DNA from: Trueperaceae bacterium | Lineage (GTDB): Bacteria > Deinococcota > Deinococci > Deinococcales > Trueperaceae | Length of the DNA stretch: 64,000 bases | Assembly (NCBI GenBank): GCA_965215565.1 | Contig: CBDCDZ010000004.1 | Span: 384,001-448,000, forward strand | Reading direction: 5' to 3' | Shown: piece after piece, positions 42,189 through 52,669 of the stretch | How the letters are laid out: every line of letters begins with the position of its first letter | Position numbering within the stretch: the first letter of the stretch is position 1 | Made by a program: the position numbers and the translations under genes | Notes under the pieces: generated by a model | What the model was told of the DNA's origin: nothing | Database searches by the model: none | What the model saw: only the letters and a program-made list of their open reading frames with translations

Positions 42189-42222
42189 CTTCTGCGAGAG
42201 ATGCGCGCAACTGGCGAAAGCA
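42189..42222. repeat. 34-bp site, copy 10 (right arm degenerate)
   Basis: CTTCTGCGAGAGAT-GCGCGC-AACTGGCGAAAGCA. Confidence 0.7.
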
Positions 42223-42289
42223 CCACCTCTATGCTGATCTCCAAGCGACGCCTATCACTATATGTTGCTACGTGCACTAAGGAGCCGCA

Positions 42290-42664
42290 CTAACCCTCAG
42301 CACGCCCGTCCGCATCCGGCGAGAACTCCATATAGACCCGCCTGACGTGCAAGAGCGCGCTCACGCGCAAGGCGCAGGCGAGCCCCAGCCAGCTCGCGAC
42401 CGCCAAGCCGAACAGGACGCGACCCAGCGGCAGACCGGGGAGGAGTGAGAGGCACGCAGCGGCGAGTACCATAATTGCCGCGTAGCCGAGCGTCACGTAG
42501 TCCTGCTCGGTGCGCTCGAGCCAGAACCCGTCCAAGGCCGCCTCGCGCGGGCGGGGGTCCTTGAGGCCAGTGACCAGGGCGACGCCTAGGAAGAGGACGT
42601 ACTCAGCCCACAGTGCTGAGAAGGAGACGGTGGAGACGGTCCAGAGGATGAGGTCGTTGCTCAC
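42290..42664 (-). CDS. Hypothetical membrane protein
   Basis: Three hydrophobic segments; GAGG before GTG. Confidence 0.6.
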   Translation of the reverse strand: MSNDLILWTVSTVSFSALWAEYVLFLGVALVTGLKDPRPREAALDGFWLERTEQDYVTLGYAAIMVLAAACLSLLPGLPLGRVLFGLAVASWLGLACALRVSALLHVRRVYMEFSPDADGRAEG

Positions 42665-43408
42665 TGCGTTACCTCGAGCCCGACTGGACGTGCTGTAGGA
42701 ACACAGGCTAGAGATGAGGCGGAAACGGCGTCAACATAGCGTGGGGAGAGATAGAGCATGATGTGAAGGCGGTGCAAGGTGGCGGTAAGCGAAGCCTTAG
42801 CAGCCGCGCTGGTATGACTAAGGTAGCACCCCGCGAATGCCGAGATTCTTACTGTGCGAAGTCAGTTTCGCGTGCGTTTTGCGCCCGGCAGTACGACTTT
42901 GTAAGGTCTGCGTGAGGTCGCGTAGCACATGACAAACACATAACTATTGGTACGCAGAGAACACGCGACGGGGTTTGCGGTCGAGATTGTTGGTACGGGT
43001 TTCCGTAATTGCCGGTACTGGTTTACACGATGGCCGTAATTGCGGGTACTCGTTTTGCATAGAGCGCCTTCTTTGAGCAACGATCTTAGCGCTACCGACG
43101 TGCAATTGAGGTTTTCTAATACCAACTTTTTCGGGTGCAGTACCATATGTTGTGACGTAGTACTAAAGGTTTTGGAGGTTCACAGCCCGCTCTGCTATCT
43201 GGCAGTGTTACCCGTCTCCTCTGAACTCAGCGCACCTTGTCATCCCCCATTGCAGAGCTGTCAGCGCTCGCTTCACCAGATAGGATGTATAGAGCCTATT
43301 GGAGCGTCCGGTAAATCTTGTGCTCTTGTGCAGGTTCCGAAGTTGAGTTTTCACGTTTTGAACGTAAACCAGCAGGTCGATAAGCGGTAGCGACTTGCTG
43401 GACGCACC

Positions 43409-43442
43409 ATTCTGCGGCGAACGCGCGCGTCTGTTGCAAAAA
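43409..43442. repeat. 34-bp site, copy 11
   Basis: ATTCTGCGGCGAAC-GCGCGC-GTCTGTTGCAAAAA. Confidence 0.85.
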
Positions 43443-43616
43443 GATCTGTTGTAGTAAGCCCAGCACGCTGCATAAGCGATACCTTTATCATGAAGACGCT
43501 CTATGCACGGCTAAGGTAGCTGTCTCACCGAGGAAAGCAACGATGTGGCAAGGTAGAGGTGTGTAGTGCTAAGTTAGAGCGTCAAGAGTTTACATATGAG
43601 CAAGAAGGGAGAATGC

Positions 43617-44726
43617 ATGCATTCTGTTCTAAAGGGGTTCTTCGTTATCCTCACGGCTCTCTGTGTCTGGGTCACGCCAATGGAGGTTGCGCAGGCGCAG
43701 GAAGCTGCGCGGCCACTGCCGAGCCCCGAAGAACTCACGCAGCTTCTGACCGCATTCGACGTTCCTGGATTGGCGATGGCGTCCTTGACGAATTGCGAGG
43801 TCGATAACGAGGTCATCGTCGCGGGTTCGGCCACATTGGAGCCGGACGTAGCCGTCACGCCGCAAACCGCGTTTGAGGCAGCCTCCCTGTCAAAACCGGT
43901 GTTCGCTTGGTTAGTGCTCACGCTCGTTGACGAAGGCGTCATCGACTTGGACCGCCCTATGGCTGAAACGTTTGACTATACACGGATTCCCGATAAAGCT
44001 GCGTATGCGAAGATTACGCCCCGCATGGTGCTCACTCACCGGACCGGTCTACCCAATTGGGTGAATGAAAGTGTCGATTTCTACGAGCGAACGACGCCGA
44101 TCCCTTTTGAAACGCCACCCGGTACGGCCTACAGCTACTCAGGTGAGGCATTTCAACTACTTCAGGCTTTTATGGAGCGCGAGACAGGGAGGACATTACA
44201 ACAGCTTTTCCATGAGCGACTTGGAGAGGTCATGCCACATTCGACGTTCAGAGCTCCCCTGCCTGACGGACTCACGCTTTCTCGAGGCTACCAGAGCGCC
44301 AGCAGTCCTGCGAGCAGGGACGACCTCGACCTCGAAGCACGTGGGGCTGCCGCCTACTCGCTCGTCACGACTGCGCAGGACTACGCTCGCTTCCTCTCGT
44401 ACGTATGCAAAGGCGAGGGCCTGCGTCCTGAAACCCACGCTGAGATGTTAAGGCCGCAGTCGGGCGTCCCGGAGAGCGAAACGCCCTTCCCCACGTCCTA
44501 CGGTTTGGGTTGGCTGCTCGCAGATATCGGGGCGGAAACGTTCGTTGGTCATGGCGGCAACAACGACGAGTACCGGGCCTTCGGCGGCTTCGCTCGAGAA
44601 AGCGGCGACGGTCTCGTGATCTTCACCAATGGGGCCACCGGTCAGGCGCTGATCGACCTGCTAATTGCCTCACCCCCGCCAGCCCCGGACGCAAGCCATC
44701 ACACTGGACTTGCGGGTCAAAAATGA
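43617..44726 (+). CDS. Secreted serine hydrolase (beta-lactamase-like family)
   Basis: ASLSK (SxxK), LTHRTGLP, YSYSG, HGG. Confidence 0.88.
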   Translation: MHSVLKGFFVILTALCVWVTPMEVAQAQEAARPLPSPEELTQLLTAFDVPGLAMASLTNCEVDNEVIVAGSATLEPDVAVTPQTAFEAASLSKPVFAWLVLTLVDEGVIDLDRPMAETFDYTRIPDKAAYAKITPRMVLTHRTGLPNWVNESVDFYERTTPIPFETPPGTAYSYSGEAFQLLQAFMERETGRTLQQLFHERLGEVMPHSTFRAPLPDGLTLSRGYQSASSPASRDDLDLEARGAAAYSLVTTAQDYARFLSYVCKGEGLRPETHAEMLRPQSGVPESETPFPTSYGLGWLLADIGAETFVGHGGNNDEYRAFGGFARESGDGLVIFTNGATGQALIDLLIASPPPAPDASHHTGLAGQK

Positions 44727-44979
44727 CCGCACCGACATCGAAGCGGGAAGCGACCGAGTTTTAGAGACGGCCCTCGACTTCCTGCGCGTAGGTGCCGTCC
44801 AGCCCTGGGACCGGGCGGCGCAGAAACCCACAACGCGGCTCCCCCCAGAATGAAGCAATACGTGGAGCTGCAAATTAATGTGGAACAGAACGTCGACCCG
44901 CTTTGCCTCGTATGGGCAATAAGGTGTTCTGCACGTCACACCACCAGCTCACTCGCGCTAGTCGGCTGAGCGCTCCTTT

Positions 44980-45013
44980 GTTAGGACAGAGTTGCGCGCA
45001 TCTCACGCATAAG
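44980..45013. repeat. 34-bp site, copy 12 (left arm degenerate)
   Basis: GTTAGGACAGAGTT-GCGCGC-ATCTCACGCATAAG. Confidence 0.65.
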
Positions 45014-45156
45014 AATCTCAGCGACTCAGAACCTCTGATGCCAGCTTGAGAGTTACACGGTAAGGCTTAAAAACTCTGTTCAGCACGCAAAGCAAAACCT
45101 CTATGCTACCCCACTAACTCTGACACGCTTCTTACAAATATCGGTTGTTCATGTTG

Positions 45157-45186
45157 ACTTTCTTACACGTCGGGGTGTAAGAAAGT
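45157..45186. promoter_or_regulatory. Perfect 12-bp inverted repeat upstream of Rhs gene
   Basis: ACTTTCTTACAC-N6-GTGTAAGAAAGT. Confidence 0.4.
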
Positions 45187-45346
45187 TCCTTCACAACAGC
45201 TCGAGCCCGTTGTAAGCGCACACTCAAGTTCGCATCGCGAGCAGGCGGTGTTTTACCACTTTACAGGTGTACCAGATGCACCGCTCACTTCGCCTCATCT
45301 CTCTATCATGTTCAAGCTGTCCTACAAGGGTCCTTAGAGATTGGAC

Positions 45347-48300
45347 ATGACCATGAACAGAGCTACGTCGCATCCACGCCATCAACGCCGCACCGCCTCC
45401 CTTCTCGCCGCACTGATGTTCCTTGGCACGATCTTCCCGACCGGCTTCGCCTCCGCCCAGCAGTTCATCGCCAAGCCGGGCGCGGGCGTCTCCCGCTTGC
45501 CTTTGAATGTGACCGCCTTCCAAGCGGACGGCTTCGGGGACCTCACGGACGCCATCAACCTAGCCACCGGCAACGTCTACCTCAACGTCGCGGGCGTCTC
45601 CATGAACAACTTCATGGACTCGGGCGACGACACGAGCCGGGCTATCGGCGCAGAAGGCTGGAGCCTCAACGCCCGGTTGCGCTCGAAGGGCTTCTACAAG
45701 GGACTGAGCAGCGCCCCGAGCGGTCTCTTCCTAGGCGAGGGCGACGGCGGCGGCACGCCCTTCGAGCGTTACACCGTCTCTAGCTACTACAATGCCCCCT
45801 CCTGGATCGAGCGCTACAAGAACGTCTCGAACGCTTATGTGTACCGCAACCCGGAGCAAGACGGGGTGCAGTACTTGGAGGAGTTCGTCGTTCTCTTGGT
45901 TCGCCCTAATAGCTCTATCGCCCACTACTACGACCACAGCGGCACCCGCTACACCTTCCACGACGACGGCGAGTTCCTGGACTACGTGCAAGACCCTCAT
46001 CAGCAGTACCGCAGCGCGAAAGCTGGGTACTCGGAAGGGCGCGAGGTCAAAGGTGAGGCAACCATCCTGAGCTATAGGAACACCAGCAAGGGTCAGCTCA
46101 GCAAGGTGCAAGACCCCTGGGGCAGGGTCACCCGCTACACGTGGAACAGCGACAACACGTTGCGCTACGTCGACGAACTCCTCCAGAACGAGAGCGACCC
46201 CAACTCGTATGTCTCGCGCATCTCCTTTTTCTACATTACGAGATACAACCAGCGCCTGATGGACAAGGTCTTCATCACCCGCACAAACGGGCTCAAGCAG
46301 GTTAGACCTTACAACCACGACATGAGCGGGGTAGACCGGCGCTACTTGCGCTTTTACTACGCGCAGCAGTCCAACGGGGAAATCCTCCTCAATCGCTATG
46401 AGAAGGAGGGCGTCAACGGGACGAGCAACCGCTCGAAGACCTTCTACCGCTACGACCCTCAGAACCGGGTGACGCGGGTGCACACGACGGACAACTCGGG
46501 CAACCGCATTGAGACCTATACCTACTACAAGTACGGCACTTCGAGCGCGTTCGACGGGCAGCAGGTCACGGTGCAGCAGGGCGTGAAGGAGTCGGTCTAT
46601 GAGTTCGACCTTAGCGGTCAGTTACGCCGCAAGAAGGTCAAGGACTACAACCCGCGCTATAGCCAGACGAAGTGGCTGACCTGGAACTACACCTATGGGG
46701 ACGAGAGCCCCCGTGCGTACTGCCGCCTATGTGAGGCTAGCCCGGACCATCCTCGAGGCTCCACCTACCGCATCGAGGACCCCTCTGGCAAAGCTACCTC
46801 TTACACCTACGACAAGCACGGCAACGTCATCGAAATCTACGAGGCGGCGCTCGAGAACCCGACCAACGACCCCAGCCTGAACCGCACTCAAATCTTCGAC
46901 TACGACCGCGACAACCGGCTCAAGCACGAAGTCATGCCGCCCGACTCGGCGAAGCTCGAGGACGGCACCACCTTCGCTGAATACACGTTCAACCGAATCA
47001 ACCACTACTATACGATGCGACCGGCTGTAGAGCGTAACGGGCAGCGTTTTACTGCTGTTCAGTCCGTTAGCCGGAAGCGCGTCGGTGCGGGCGAGGACGC
47101 GGAGTACACCGACACCTTCGATACCTATGGACGTCTAACCGAGTCCAAACGTGTTGGTGAAGATCAGACCCAAACCACGACCTACGACTACTACTACGGC
47201 ACGAAGAACGCTAACTGGCGGCAGTACCTCCCCGATAGCGAGGGGCAACCCTCCAGTAGCTGGACGCCCGTGCAGTACGGCGACCAGGTCTACCTCATGA
47301 CCAGGACGGGCGAGGGAACGCGCTCTTTCACCTACGATCCCTACGGCAACGTCGTTGCTGAAAGCCATACGAGCGGCTTTAGCCCGGAGGTGGGCGTGAC
47401 CCGCAGCCGCACCACCTACCGCAGCTTCAACGGCTTCGGGCAGCCCGTCTGGGAGCTGACTTTCGGGGGGAGCGACCCCAAGGCGGCGGACGCTCAAGTT
47501 GCCAAACGCATGTGGTACTACCACGCTAAAACGGGCAACCTCGACTACAGTTGGGAGGGCAACAAGAAGAACGTCACCACCTATACCTACGCGGTAAATG
47601 GGACTGATAATGGTCGCGTCACTAAGATCGAGCGAGGCGTGTCCTCGAGCGGCAACGGCACGCTCAGCACGGTGCGGGGGCAGACGCTGTTCGACTACGA
47701 CGAATATGGAAGGGTCACGGAGAAGGCTGTTGACAAGCACGCTGTTACGAACGGCTTCACCACGAACTACCGCTACGATACTTTAGACCGGGTGGTGGAA
47801 GAGAAACGGCCTGCCGAGCACGGTACCACCTCGCGCGGCTTGACTGGCTACAAGTACGACGCTACGGGGCAGATCAGCTACACGTGGAATGCGGGTGCAG
47901 GGCTGCAACACTTCTTTGACCGTGACGCCTTTGGTCGCGTAACTAAAGAGGATTGGAACACTGCCGCGCCGATCTATACGACGTACGACCCCTACGACCG
48001 CCCTATTGCGATTCGCGACGAACGCCTGACAATGAACCAGGCGGGCGAACACCGCACGCGCTACTTCAAATATGATCTAAGGGGCAACCTCACTCACGAG
48101 TTGGGCGCACCGTTGCGCACAGCCGCGGGCGAATATACCGACTACCGCCGCCCTTACGTCATTCACCACTACGACGGGCTCAACCGCAAGGTTAAAGAGC
48201 AGCGGCTCATCAACGGCTCCACCATCGTCGGTAAAAACAACCTCATTGCTCTGAGCGACAGCAGCAGCAACGTCGCCGTCACCGAATACAGCTACGACGC

Positions 48301-48621
48301 CGCGAATCGGCTCACCCAGACAACCGATCCCGAGGACTACATCACGAAGTACAGCTACGACAGGTCCGGCAACCTCATCAAGCAGGTCCGGCAGGTCTGC
48401 AAGACGTACCAGGACTCGGACTGCACAAGTAGCGTGGAGGGGCTCGCCACCGTCGATAACCTCGGCTACGCCGTAGCGACCTACACCGGCTACGACGCAG
48501 CAAACCGCCTCATCTGGCACAAAGACGCGCGGACCAACATGCGCAGCACCACTTATGACCTACAGGGCAATGTCACAAAGCAAATCAACGAGCGGGACAA
48601 AGAGACGAGGCGCGTCTATAC
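45347..48621 (+). pseudogene. Rhs/YD-repeat protein, 5' part (interrupted by Tn3)
   Basis: Signal peptide; INLATGN; many YDxxGR/YDxxNR repeats. Confidence 0.9.
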
Positions 48622-49003
48622 GAGGTCCGGCAACAATTCGTGTAAATTTCAGCGACTCTCATAGAATGGCATGGCGGTAGATGAGTCCAAAGTTTTATGC
48701 GTTTGCCGCGTGGCTTTGGTAGAAGGATTTATTCAGTAAATCTCGCGCTGCTACCGATGTAGTCGAGTTTTTGCAAAAGCACGAATTAACATTCAGCAGA
48801 CCATGGCAAAGCCGCTGTGCGAGCAAATAACCCCCGCACTTAACCAACTTCAGATTTGCCGAGTCCGGATGTTGGAAAATATATAGTTGAGAACTAAATG
48901 AGACTATTCTAAGATTGTATCCTGATACCAACTTGGCGAGATGTCTCGCGGTTGCGCTAATAGGTTATCAGCTCAAAAGAATTCATGCAGTGAAAGGATA
49001 ACG

Positions 49004-50872
49004 ATGGGTCGTCAAGTTTACGTCGTGTTAGGAATTCTGGTGCTTCTTCTTTCAAGTTGCAGCATTCAAGAACAGCCAACAGCAGCTTTTAATGAGGACA
49101 CTTTCACAAATTTTGTGGCAGATGATATAGGTGCAACTTTACCTACAGAGATGGAAATGGTTGATGCCGCCCTGAGCGACGCCAATACCGCTGATGACGC
49201 CTTTTATCGAATGGTCAAAGAAGTCGGTGGCTTTACTGCGTATGAACAGAAGCTGATGGAGCTTGATGACACTGCCCTAGATCAGTTCCACAAGCAATAT
49301 GGTTTAGGTTTTACAAGAGGAATGCCAGGTAGCTCTCTAAATGCGTTCGGAGATATAGCACTACAGGCTATTACCGACTGCGTTGAGTTTTTCCCGGCCT
49401 CGGACCGCAACCGAGTCTTTAGAATATCGGGACACACGGTCTTTATTGACAATGTTGGACGACCGGGCTATGCAAAACTTAATTTCAGGCGCAATCAAGT
49501 CATCGCGCCCAACCCGGTACGTACCAAATGTCAAACTGACGTGCGCGAGTGGGGTGACCCCGGTGATGTTGGTGGTCATTTAATTCCCGCGGTATTAGGT
49601 GGGTACAACAAACGAGCAAATATTGTGCCACAAAATGGCACAATGAACAATTCAGTCTGGCGTAAAGTTGAGAATTTGGTACGCAAATGCGTGACCAGTA
49701 GGTACAGCGGTTCCTATACAGTGACGCCACAATACGCTGATCCAACCTCGGTCCGCCCATCCCATCTGCAGGCTTATGTCGTCCTATACCGTCCCTTAAT
49801 TCCTATTGTTCCTGCTGTTACAGGAACCTTACGCCTTCCCAATCAGGTTCCTGGTGCCGCTCAGACTCTTGCAGCGGAAGGTTTCATCGCCAATTTCACG
49901 CCCTATTGCACGCGAATTGTTGGCCTAATTATTGACGATACGGGATCGATGGGAAGCCAGATTGGTGCTGTTAAGGCGTCTCTAGCGAACTATATCACAG
50001 ACGTTCCTGAGGAGCAGGACACCCTTTGGAACTTGACGACGTTCAAAGACGCTGTCTCCAATAAAGGAACGACCGCAGAGCTAAGCACAATAAGCGGATG
50101 GGTGGGTGGATTACGCGCCTCTGGTGGTGATGATTGCCCTGAGGAAGCTCTCGGAGCGATTAGGTCGGGAATTCGCACGCTCAGTACATATCCAGACCGC
50201 GGAAGAGATTTAATCGTCGTTACCGACGCTTCGGCTCAGCCAGGTGACATAAGTGGAATCATTGCTGCTGCCAATCTCGATGATGTTCGCGTCAGTGTTT
50301 TACTCTCTGGCGACTGTGGCAGATCAACTACGACCTCGACTTTGAGTTCGAGCGGGCTCACGACACTTAGTCACTCCTACCCTCTCTCGAGCCAGGTTGT
50401 ACTCAAGGAAATCGCTGACGCTACGGGGGGAAAATACTTCTTCATCCCTGGCGGTACTCGACAGGATTACGAGAACGCACTTGATGAAATATTTGCGTTC
50501 ATCGAAGAAGGCTCAACGGATACAACGCCACCCACTATTACCCTGAGCACCGATTCCAACGTACTTTGGCCTCCGAACCATAAAATGCGAGAAGTCAGTG
50601 TCGAGGTTGTAGTCGAAGATGATACAGACCTGGAGCCGATGGTCGAACTCGTAGGCGTCGTGAGCACCGAACCTTTTGATGGACAAGGGGATGGGCATAC
50701 TGAAGATGATATCCAGGTGGATGAAGAAGGTAGAATCTTCGTTCGCGCCGAGCGCAGTGGCTCAGGAAATGATCGAATCTATACAGTTACCTATAGAGCA
50801 ACCGATGCCGCTGGCAACGTTGGTTTCGGATCGTTAGACTTCTTAGTACCACACGATAAAAGAAAGAAATAA
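49004..50872 (+). CDS. Lipoprotein: non-specific (His-Me finger) endonuclease + vWA + C-terminal Ig-like domain
   Basis: Lipobox LSSC; DVGGHLI...LGG...NIVPQNGTMN; MIDAS DDTGSMG, GGDDCPE, VVTDA; LWPPNHK...RAERSG. Confidence 0.8.
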   Translation: MGRQVYVVLGILVLLLSSCSIQEQPTAAFNEDTFTNFVADDIGATLPTEMEMVDAALSDANTADDAFYRMVKEVGGFTAYEQKLMELDDTALDQFHKQYGLGFTRGMPGSSLNAFGDIALQAITDCVEFFPASDRNRVFRISGHTVFIDNVGRPGYAKLNFRRNQVIAPNPVRTKCQTDVREWGDPGDVGGHLIPAVLGGYNKRANIVPQNGTMNNSVWRKVENLVRKCVTSRYSGSYTVTPQYADPTSVRPSHLQAYVVLYRPLIPIVPAVTGTLRLPNQVPGAAQTLAAEGFIANFTPYCTRIVGLIIDDTGSMGSQIGAVKASLANYITDVPEEQDTLWNLTTFKDAVSNKGTTAELSTISGWVGGLRASGGDDCPEEALGAIRSGIRTLSTYPDRGRDLIVVTDASAQPGDISGIIAAANLDDVRVSVLLSGDCGRSTTTSTLSSSGLTTLSHSYPLSSQVVLKEIADATGGKYFFIPGGTRQDYENALDEIFAFIEEGSTDTTPPTITLSTDSNVLWPPNHKMREVSVEVVVEDDTDLEPMVELVGVVSTEPFDGQGDGHTEDDIQVDEEGRIFVRAERSGSGNDRIYTVTYRATDAAGNVGFGSLDFLVPHDKRKK

Positions 50873-51046
50873 GACGTATAACGCCTGGAGAACGTGGAGG
50901 CTTGAGCCTCCACGTTCTCTCTTTGCAGCTATAACTCAGACCAACAGGAATTCTCAGACCGCGGTGTACATTTCTAATTAGCCTAAACGCTATGCCCAGT
51001 TCTGCGCTTTGCAAAGCGCATTTCTCGGACCTTTATAATTCAACTT

Positions 51047-51655
51047 ATGGACGCTGCCGCGCTGTTTTACACCATCACGGACATACTCGAACCCTTCTAT
51101 GAAACCCTGCCTCTCAATCCGCCAGCCACCGAATCCGACATCATGGCGCTGGAGCGTGACTTAGGCGTGGTCCTACCCGAGTCTTACAAAGAGATATTGC
51201 GCCTTCATGATGGTGAAAATCTCTCTCCACCAGGCGGAGAAGATTTACTTGGTCTCTTCGGCTACTATGAATTCTTGAGCGTCGCTGAGGTCAGAACGCA
51301 GTACGAGATATGGCGGGAAACGGCTAACTACTGGGCTGAGCAGGACGATGACACGGTTTTTACGAGTGCTCCCGAAGATTTCGTGCAAGAGGTTTTCGTC
51401 GCCTCAGGCTGGCTCCCCTTCGCGGGTAAATACTCGGGCAACCACCTAGCCCTCGACTTCGCCCCCGCGAGTCGCGGCGTGGTGGGTCAAGTTATTACGT
51501 TCGGGAGCGATGAAGAGGTTCATCACCACATCGCGCCGAACTTTACCGAGTTTCTGGCGTTCATCCTAGCGGCGTATCAGGAGGGTAAGTATCATCCCAA
51601 GCTGACCGGCAATCCTAAAGCGCTCATCGAAGACCTCCCTGCATTTCGCGTTTGA
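51047..51655 (+). CDS. SMI1/KNR4 (SUKH) family protein
   Basis: LNPPATESDIMALERDLGVVLPESYKEILRLHDG; WLPFA..SGNHLALD.AP...GQVI. Confidence 0.88.
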   Translation: MDAAALFYTITDILEPFYETLPLNPPATESDIMALERDLGVVLPESYKEILRLHDGENLSPPGGEDLLGLFGYYEFLSVAEVRTQYEIWRETANYWAEQDDDTVFTSAPEDFVQEVFVASGWLPFAGKYSGNHLALDFAPASRGVVGQVITFGSDEEVHHHIAPNFTEFLAFILAAYQEGKYHPKLTGNPKALIEDLPAFRV

Positions 51656-51776
51656 GAGATTAAATGGGATCAAGCAACTAGGCTTACCTAAGTCGGTCTT
51701 CGCTTTGATGCAAAACTAAAGAAAAGTAGCCGACTATTTTAGAACCGTTCGCCGCACAACACCCTCTAGTCCGCGT

Positions 51777-52466
51777 TCACTTCGACAGCGCTTTTAGATA
51801 GTTCTCCCCGAGGTTCTTGAGGCTCGTCTCGGCGTAAATTTGCGTGGTCGTCACGTTCTTGTGCCGCAAAAATTTCTGCACCTGGTCGATAGGCATTCCT
51901 TTGTCGAGCAACAGGGTGGCGACACTCGCCCGCAGGCGGTGGGGCGTCACCACCTTCTCAATCTCCGCACGCTTCGCCGCGTTTTGCACGATGAGCTGCA
52001 CCCCACGCGGCGAGTAACGGTCGCGTCGGTTGCTCTCGAAAAGGTAGAGCGTCTTGCGCCCGCTCAGGTAGGTGCGCAGCTCTTGGGCAAGAGACGGCAA
52101 GATCGGCACATAGCCGTCGCTCCCGCCCTTCGCCACGGCAATGTAAATCTGTGGCGGCTCCAAATCGAGATGTAAGTCCGCCGCTTTAATGTTGACAAAC
52201 TCGCTGACTCTCGCACCTGTATAGAAGAGCATCTTGACCATAAGCCCGTAACGGCTGCCCTTGCGGTACGCCGCTTCGATAAGCCTCTCGACTTCGAAGC
52301 GGTCAAGCCGCGCTACCGTGCGGCGGCGCTCTTTGGGTTTCTTCAGTTCAAGCTCGCGTCTGACGCGCTCAATGACGTAGCGGCTCTGATCATAAGAAAG
52401 GTGATGCTTGCGCCAAAGTTTAGTGGTCTCGCGGATAACTTCGTTCAAGCCTGCTGTTTTCGTCAT
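51777..52466 (-). CDS. Tyrosine recombinase (transposon resolvase-type; start may extend to 52532)
   Basis: TGARVSE, AKGG, HRLRASVAT, FLRHK, TTQIY. Confidence 0.9.
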   Translation of the reverse strand: MTKTAGLNEVIRETTKLWRKHHLSYDQSRYVIERVRRELELKKPKERRRTVARLDRFEVERLIEAAYRKGSRYGLMVKMLFYTGARVSEFVNIKAADLHLDLEPPQIYIAVAKGGSDGYVPILPSLAQELRTYLSGRKTLYLFESNRRDRYSPRGVQLIVQNAAKRAEIEKVVTPHRLRASVATLLLDKGMPIDQVQKFLRHKNVTTTQIYAETSLKNLGENYLKALSK

Positions 52467-52669
52467 AGCGTTGTGACCACGCCATCCTTTCTCATATTCG
52501 GCTATTTGTCTCCTTTTACTTGCTCCTTGCACACCGAATAGTTCGCTGTTTCAGCATTGTGCGAACTCTTCGGTCTAGCTTCTGCTATGCTGGGGAGCCC
52601 GACCCAAAATCTCCATGTCATGGGTTGCCATCTGCCTTTCTTTCCACTTTAGGGGAGTAAGGAGCACAT

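Noticed and set aside
42862..43390. ORFs between sites 10 and 11
   Set aside because: No recognisable motif or RBS; probably degraded sequence.
43617..44726. Beta-lactam resistance gene
   Set aside because: Generic SxxK serine hydrolase with HGG instead of KTG; resistance is not supported.
201..45013. 34-bp repeats as a CRISPR array
   Set aside because: Spacing is 0.7-13 kb with whole genes between copies, copies are divergent, and there are no cas genes.
48929..48962. Additional 34-bp sites here and near 1690, 18390, 50999 and 56389
   Set aside because: Only partial arm similarity and no GCGCGC core; indistinguishable from chance by eye.
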